Assembly (NCBI GenBank): GCA_002633005.1
Contig: NMRA01000180.1
Coordinates: 146,125-210,124 of the forward strand
Direction: 5' to 3'
DNA length: 64,000 nt
Source: Phoronis australis
Taxonomy: Eukaryota > Animalia > Phoronida
The notes beneath the pieces were generated by a model. The model was not told the origin of the DNA. It saw nothing but the letters and a program-made list of their open reading frames with translations, and searched no databases. The position numbers and the translations under genes are program-made. This document shows positions 50,901-59,900 of the stretch, in pieces; the stretch's first letter is position 1; each line of letters begins with the position of its first letter.

Positions 50901-53900
50901 TCCATTTGCAGTTCGTAGTTAAGGGCCAAAGTATNCAAGCCATTTCACCATGTATTTAAAGGGCTCGCGAAATCGAGGCTGTTAATCTATCACCACTAGT
51001 ACATGCACGCCCTCTAGTTATTGTAGACTTTCCGAATAGCCCCATTGAAAATGAGCGCGCTTTTTAGTGTATTCGTAGTTAAGGGCCAGAGTATCCATTT
51101 GCATTTCGTAGTTAAGGGCCAAAGTATCCATCTGCAGTTCTAGTAATACTTTATCTAATGTTAAAGTGGATTATGCACACAATTTTAAGGTAAAGACCAG
51201 AATAACATTCTGGAACTGGGTTCAAGGAACTCTAATTCAGTCGCTGTACACGGACAAGTATTATAACGGCGCAAAAGTTCAAGGCGGACGTTTCACCGCG
51301 GACCACAACATGTTCTTGATGGGAGTGGCGCGATTGCGCCAACTGCGTGTCCGTCCAGGTTTGTCAGTTGAAAACGATATCTTTCAATGAAAATTTTGAA
51401 TATCACGTTTGATTCATACAGCTTTGTCATCAGATTTGTCCAGGCAGATTTCATTCTGTTTTGCAAGGATTTCTGTTGCACGTTTAACACAAAAATAAAC
51501 TTTCTGTAACGAATTTACCTGTGTATCCGTCTGAGCTAGACTGCGTAAACTTATATGATGGAAGATGGATTTTTGTTGGGGGACCACAGAAATATCAAAA
51601 GAAAACCAACAACGTAAACATTGTCCTGCAATCTACCTAACATATGTCGGTGAACACATAATTTTTCAGTGACACAAGACTGCATGGTCTGCTTCCCCGT
51701 TTTCTTTCCAGGAAGCACGGCGGCCGAGCATGCGCGTTACTCGAAAATGCGTGCTCTATGGGTCAATGGCGGCGGAAACAAGTTGTTTCCGAGCATACTT
51801 ATCTGAGAATTGGCGCCTGCTACGAGAATGTTCCATGGTTTCAAATATATTCTTTAAGAATGGGAAGTGTGACGCGTGATAGTGTGACGTCATTGATACT
51901 ATCCAGCGTACCTGGATATGAAGTCTAATAAGTGTTTGTATTTCTCATCGGGATTTGGAGATATAATATCATGGCGTTTTTGGAACGGCACGATTATTAA
52001 AAGACAGCGTTGCAATTTCTGCCGAATACTTGTACAGAACCTAATGCGTTTTCGTGTTTTGCTAATGATTTTGCTATTTTTGCTTGCTTTAGCCTCGTGT
52101 AAGGTGCCAAAACCAATAAATGCGTATATCTCATCATGTCGACAAGGATACAATATTATAGGGGAGGACGATGGATCATACCTGAGCGGTTGGACCCCAA
52201 GTAACACTTCTGGTGAGACTTCGTTGCTTGCTTATTACCTTGCACTGTAGTTTACATCCCACCAGTCATACTATCACTTCACAGAGATTGTTTTCTACGT
52301 GTAAAAATACGAACAAATTCCAGATTCCATACTTTTCGATATACATTACAACATCATCGTTTCATAATGACACAGTCGACTAGATAGTTCCATACAAATC
52401 ACATGTACACGGCTGCAACATGAGGTCGCCAAACGTGATAACGACCGTCAACTTGGTAAAGTGTCTTTTTCTCTTTTAAAATGGTAGTAAACCCTGATTT
52501 TGACCATCAATTTAAACATTTGAAACGAAACAATGTTGTGTAGACAATCGCGATTTCTTAAAATTTTGATGCAAGTTTCACAACTCCTTATGAAAAATAG
52601 CTATTTCATGACAAATTGAGTCATCTCTTCACGTGACCATGCTTTCCTTATTCCCAGGAAATACAAATTACCTAATAGCAGATGACGAAAGAAATTTTGG
52701 GTAAAATCTCCAAAATTGAGTCTGGATTAAGCAACATGTGTCATTGCTGGTTGTGATGAGACATGGATACAGATGATATGGACTTATTTCTTCTTGGAGA
52801 AATATTTAACACCTTTTCTCTAATAATTATTCTCATTTCAGTCAGAATTAAGTTTGCAATAATGGTTTCTTTAAGCTGACCATTTTGTTTATTTACAAAG
52901 ATCCTCAAAGCGACCCAGAAGTTGGTTGGAACTTCACCGGTGCCATCGATTTAGAAGGATATCCTTACAATGCTGATTTGGCTATTTACGGAGGCGGTGG
53001 TTTTGTGGCTGAGCTGGGTAGGAGCAAAGCTGAAGCTGAGGCGGTTGTGAATGCTTTGATACAGAATAACTGGCTCGACCTCCATACCAGGGCTGTGTTT
53101 GTAGAGTTTGTGCTCTACAATCCTAGTCTCAACCTGTACGCTATATCAACGATCGTGATAGAATTTTTTGAAGGCGGAGGTAAGAAGTGAAATAAATAAT
53201 CGTTTCAGATTAAACAAGTTGTACACTGAAAACCGTTTTATACTGAAATTGACATTACTTCTATCAGTGTCAAACACTTCTCACAGTCACCCTTTTGCCA
53301 ATGAATCATTTTGTCTTCTTTTGGGGAACTCGTCATTTCCTAAGGTTTTCATTTTATGACACTCCACACCCAACTGCTTTCAGCTCCATGAAGACGAGAC
53401 ATGGCAGATGATACAATGGCTGGTCGTTCGGTAAAGCCGCTCGCTTTTATTTCCAGGTGCCCTTCCGTTTCCACGTTTTCACATTATGCGACTAGACAGA
53501 TACGTTGGGTCGTTCATGTTTGTGATTTTAGCTGTCGAAATCATCACCGGGTTGACCATCCTGTTTTTCATGGTGAAGGAATTCAGAAGCGTCCACAAAT
53601 TGAAGAAAGCTTACTTCAAGGTTCGTATCTTATCCATCCGTCAGCGCCAGCGTCTCATTACTAATTATGCCCCATTGCTCCGGTACATCAGCTTTTGAGC
53701 AATAGGTTAGGGGGATTTTGGAGCAAATGTTCTGTGTACAACACTGTCAAAGGTGTTGCTCTCTCTTGTGGGGGGGCATTCATCAAGCTTGGCTGACACA
53801 AGTTCTAGAAAAACCATTTGTCCAAGCTTACAACCGTAGTTATACTCTTTTATCAAAAATAAGGTTGGGCCTGCAGCAGTCATAGCACTAAGCTGTGTTG

Positions 53901-56900
53901 ACTTTGGCGGGTTTACTTATTCTAGCCATTGTTGTCGGGGTGCGTGGCCTGCGCAATTTTCCACCATAATGCACCACGTTGATGTGCTGTGAAATCTCAA
54001 ACAAGCGTTATGTGTTGGTAATCAAACATAAAACATCCAGCTGTGATCTCTTTAGTCTCTATTACACTTCTTAGTGCTGCCCATTGCTTTAGGCAAAAGG
54101 GTGCGGGTGGCAAGAAGCGTAATAGGCTTAATTCAGAAGGGTATGTTTTGTTTGCACTTCACGGTTATCCGGGTGCTACTTAACATGTTTAGTGCAATTA
54201 ACTATATGCACGAATTTTTTGCGTGGCCCACAAATAAGGCCGTCCCGGATTACACAGCAATAGAACTTCCCATTGTCCCGGATATAAGAAAGCCCGTTTT
54301 TCATTGATCTTTGGAATGTCAGGCACATTTTCACAGGTTATGTAGGAAACCTTCGGGGTCTATGGCCCTGGAAATTGTCTCGATGTCAACCGTCTAAAAT
54401 ACCAGGATTGAATGATATCTTTATGAAAGGGGATTATGTTCGGTTCAAAATCAATACGGGGACCTTGATTTACCCACTCGCTCCAAATTTTCTTTTCTTT
54501 GGTTGATGTAAGGAAGGCAAGTTTTTCCACTTTTCTCCCGTCGGAGTTGCAGCCCATGTAGCAGATAGTACTTCGTTGGCATTCGAAGGGTGAATAGAGT
54601 ACTGCGGCCGAGAACGTCTTGTAAACAAGACAACAAAGATCATGTGGAATTTCAATCATGGCGGAAAACACCGGGGCTAGACAGATATTTCCTCATTAGG
54701 ATATGTATATAAAGCGAAATTCGAGTGTCGCTTTGTAATCCTGGGCAGCCGTATTCATAAGTGGGCAAATTTCCACGAAAACTGGTTATTGTAATGTTTT
54801 GGAAGTGTGGTCTCGTTCACGACATGCAGTCCTCATCTGTTAACTTTACGTAGACTTTACGGTAACATTTCTCCATCCTTTACCGGTAGGCCCATCCTTT
54901 ACTGAACTCTCCTCTTGGTTTGAGGTAACAGAACAATGCATGACTGATCTCCTTTTCAAAACGTCATTTCACAATGGAAGAACATCCAACACAGATATTT
55001 ACCCTTTTCCATTTTCTTTGTGTCAGCATTGCAACTCAAAATACAATAGTGCAAGTTTTCCTGTATCAAATTGAAGAGCCTTATGACAATAAGGGAATGA
55101 GATGGTGACTTGCTTGTCAAGAAACAACACAAAATGTGTTGAATTGAACTAGTGTGATGCTTAGCTATTTGAAGACAGGTCTTTTTCTAGATCGTTGACA
55201 GAACTTTAATATGACATTACGTTGCACTTTTATCTTCTGATATATGAAATGTATATACATGTATATATTTCTCAAAAACTAGGCAAAACGGCTATTTTGC
55301 CATCACGCACAGAAACCGTCTAACACAAATATTGAATTCTGACCAATATGATAGTGAGCAAATCTTCGTCTATTACAGGACAATTGGAACGTAATGGAGT
55401 TTTTATTGATGCTACTCAGTATTGCTACCATCGTAATGTTCTTCTTCCGATTGGTTAACGCCAAGCTCACTCTGCACAACTACCGGAAGAATCCGACTAA
55501 GTTCGACAACTTCCAGTATACGATCACGTGGGACGAGGTTAGTCGACTAAACCGGTTGTTGGTTTTCAGCGCTATCGGTACACTGGTATTGGCGCTAGAT
55601 TCTTACGATCCAATCCCTTAAGTAATTAAGTAACTAGGGCCATTGAAAGTGTGTTTGTAGAATTAGGCGTATCGGACATTCACTGCTGAGCCAGAGACGT
55701 GGGTCTGCAGTTTAGATGAAACAACACTGTTGAGAGCTTCCTCTTTCCTTATCTTCCTGGCAAGCATTGAGCATTGCATCTCTGGTGTGAGGGTCATGCC
55801 CCAAAGAAAAGACCACTGGCAAGACTCGGTGAATGTTCGACAGCACCTGACCCTGGTGGTCCATCAGGACATTAGAACTGACAACAATATTCCCTCAGGC
55901 ATCCAACAGTACGTGTAATTGACCTATTGCAAGCTCCGCCTCTTTGCTTAATGTCAACTAACAAACAATAAGTTTTACCCGGATCGGGTAAAATGGCGGC
56001 TTGGAAACGAAGGTGTGTCTATAATGCTGCGTTCTAAATGGTCAGTTAAGCCGTCACACAAAATCTTGGCGATAGGTCAGTTACCAGTTTGCCGATAGCT
56101 AACGAATAGAAAAATATGTCGCATTTCCAGATGTACGGAATCATGCTGGCGATGCTGGTTTTCGGTTTCACTGTCAAGTTCCTCAAGTTGCTTCGATTCA
56201 ACAAGAACATGTCGGCGCTGTTCAGAACGCTATCCGTAGCCGCACATCCTCTTCTGGGCTTCAGCATAATCTTCGGCTTGGTATTCCTGGCCTTCTCACA
56301 GATGGCTTTCTTGTTCTTTGGTAAAACTCTGCTAGGCTTCAAGACTTTTGTAGCAACAATGGAGACGCTTGGGACGATGATGCTGAGTAAGTGAGGTGCA
56401 TTCATGTTGCTTAGAAAACAGCTTAGTTGTAACTCATTGCGTAAAGCTCCATGCAGTTAAGGGATTGTTCAGGTTCAGTCAAAATTTCCACCGTGGTTTT
56501 AGCGGTACTGAATGGATTAGTTTAGGTAGCTTCTAGCATACTAAGTTGCTCACGACAAGGAGCATTCAGTGGCGCTTAGTTTCGCGTGGTAAAGGTTTTG
56601 CTTGTATAGAAAATAACATGTGTGTCCATAGAGTTGAATATTTGGTGGGCTTTGGCAAGATAACATGACAGAGAAGTGTATCTCCTGTGAATCATAGCTG
56701 TGTTCACTGATGCATATATAAGTCAAAGTATGACAGTCGTCTCACGTATACAATTATTCAATTGTAGTTCTTTTTCCGTGTTTCTTTCAGATCGATTTGA
56801 TTTCAATGCCTTTGATTCAGCCGACCCCGTTCTCGGTCCGTCGTTCTTCTTGCTCTATTCTATCCTCATAACATTCATTCTCGTCAATATGTTCATGGGA

Positions 56901-59900
56901 ATCCTCTGTGACGCTTTCTCCACTGTGAAGGCTGAATTGCAGGGCGAAACAAACCAGTACGAGATAGTAGATTTCATGGTGACCAGGTAGGCAATGCAAG
57001 GACAGGTTAGCTTGTAATCACATTATTCTACGCGCCCGTTTATATTTAAAAGTGTTCTAAATCCGTGTTCGATGATTTTATCCAAAGCCGATTTTATGAC
57101 CTGCTGTTGTGCATCGTATAGCTAAAAGTCTTTCCACAATGTACAGTATAACAAATTGGTTTTGGTGGTTGGAGACTATCGGTCATTCCCCATAATCGTC
57201 CATTAACTCGCCCGATACGTTAGTCGCGCTTGCAGATTTAGCAAGTTTTGTTAAGTTTTTGAACTTGAATAAAAATTTTGAAGATCTGCTGAGCATAGTT
57301 CTGTTTCAAAGATTTAAGTGTTAAATCCGTACCTATATCAGTTGATACTCAAAAACTAGTCTTCGTATCCTTTTAAACATTCTAATGTGTAAATGCACGC
57401 CCCTTCCTGAAAAGACTCTTCGGGCCCTGACACCAAGTTCTAGACAAGGAAGTGCCACTTACGATTTAAAAAAAAAAACACCTTGCAGTAGGGTTTTTCT
57501 GTAACCAAAAGACATCGTTCATCGGTCGCCACCAACACAATATGGCCTTCCACCTTGATGCCTATCCTCGAGTAGTGTCACCTGGCCAAAATGGGTCGTA
57601 TAAAATTTTTTGCATAGAGTGTCTTATCAATAATTAGCGGTATATCTTAAATGTAGTATACCTCGGAATAGAAATTTCTTCCAGTGTTCTACGTTCCGTC
57701 ATCCATCAAGGGTCCTTCGCATATTACGTTCTATTTCTGTGTTCTTTGTTTAAAGGGACAATAAAGTGGCGACTTCTATCGAAGACCAACAATTGAATTA
57801 GACCGCCTACTGTTACAACATTGGTCTTATCTTGTTTCTCTTACAAATCACAGATCATGACTAGGCTTCAGAGTAGCTCATAGGTTGTTGTCTCGGATCA
57901 GTGCCATCAGGTTACTTGTCAAAGCGGGTTACCTTCAGTAGCAAGGGCTGCATGACTGTCAAGGGCATTCAAGGCGATTGATTGCAACTGATTTCAGTTA
58001 TACAAAAACATAAAGTCGTGACGACGTAGCTTTGGAAACAAATTGTCGCGTAAAAAATGGCGTTTTTACTTCAGAACATGGTTTTTAGCTACGGGTGTCT
58101 GTTATTATAGATGTATGGTGCTATTCAAATAGACCCAGTAAACTTTAGCAACATGAGAAAATGCGATTTAATTACACAGACGCGGTAGCCTTTTTGCTCC
58201 GCATTGCGTCACCGCGAAGATATACAACAAAGAACGCAATCCCAAAAATAATATTGTCGTGATAAGTAGGAGTCTGAGTAGAACACCATGTGAAGAGTCT
58301 CGTGATGACGTAGATGAATACATGTATAAGTTAAAAAGACCAACATTTCATTATATATGGTAATTTATGGCATCGTTGAGCTCAGAATAACGATTAAACC
58401 ATCGTAAGAACCAAAATCACGTGCTTTACAGGTTGTACCTGTATATAACATTCCCCAATTTTTCGCGTTCGACTTTTGACTACACTCCGATAAGTTGTAC
58501 GTGACTCCATGCGGAATAGATGCTGTCTCAGGAGTAGAGTACCGGGGGCGTGGATCGCCTTAGTAAGTGCATAGGTGAAACGTCGTGTGATCCATTCGGA
58601 CCATTTAATTTGGTCTCGTGTTAAGACACAGGCAGTGATTGGCCAGTGACTTTTATGAGTTGATCAAAAAATTGAGAAGTTGCGTGATTGTTTTGATCGA
58701 AAAGTGAGTCGGATCACTTGTTTCTGAAAAATAATTAAATCTCACCTGACCAAAAATGGGAAATCTCTGATAATAAACACATAACTGCAATTTTATGAGA
58801 TAATTTATACCAATTATTTGTAGATTGTGGTGATTTCCTAAGTACTTGCCTAAACCTTTATTAGCAGTAACAACAGTGAGACCCGCGGTCTTAAGTTTTA
58901 GTAACTTTTCCTGAAACAGGTACTAGAATCAAAATCTAATTAAATTTTGCTTTATAGGTTTAAGAGGTTAATTGGGTTTGATACTCCGAAAAACAACCGG
59001 ATTTCTCAAGAACACAACAGTTACGTTGGAAAAGGTAAGTACAGGTGTATATATCCCGTCAACTACGGAATATGTTTAATAATAAACGAGTTTCTTCAGC
59101 AGACATTCCATCTACCTGTAATTGCATTCTGAAGGTGTTAGTGACCGAGATCTTCTCGCCATCTTAGCTGTGACGTCAATTACGGCGTCCGCCAGGAATT
59201 TTGCCCAAAGTCTGGTATGACTTTTAAAAATGTGTTTAAATCGAGGTTACGTTTTCAATTGTTTTACATGCCAAGGAATCAGTCGAGAAGACGTGATGTT
59301 TAGCGAGTGGGTGCCATTTGATTTTCCATCAACCTGCAAAAATTGCACTTACCATTTATGCTTTTCAAGATTAGGGCTTATTTTAGCTGCTTTGCTTTCT
59401 TGTAAATTTGTCCGATTTTTAGTGATTTTAAGGTGCTTCAATGCACCATTTAAATTGTTCTGACCAGTGACTACATTGTCAGCGTCATTACGTCTGCACT
59501 GCATATCGCAACAGTAATTCAGTGCGTCAAAAACGAGAAAAAATAGAAGAAACTTTAATTGAAAGTTTTTTAGCTCCATTAATACATGGCGTCTTTCGTG
59601 CCCTTGTGTTTTCGCGAGGTTCTAGTGCCTACGGAACGCACGCCAGCTGTTTGTCTCAAATTTACTTCACCCCATTGTTACGCGCAGTACTTAATTTTCA
59701 TTAGCCACCGAAAAACTGAGCGCTTAGGGTTACCGCAGACGGAGAGGCACGAGCTAAGCAGACATGACCTATGGGCTAAGCCCATTTTCAGTCGGGGCGT
59801 GTAGCTCTCCATCTGCGCCTGCCATACTGACACACATTAATTTCTCCCGCTGGAACACTGCGATGAGTTAAATTTTGCATACTAAATATTCCAGGTCTCA

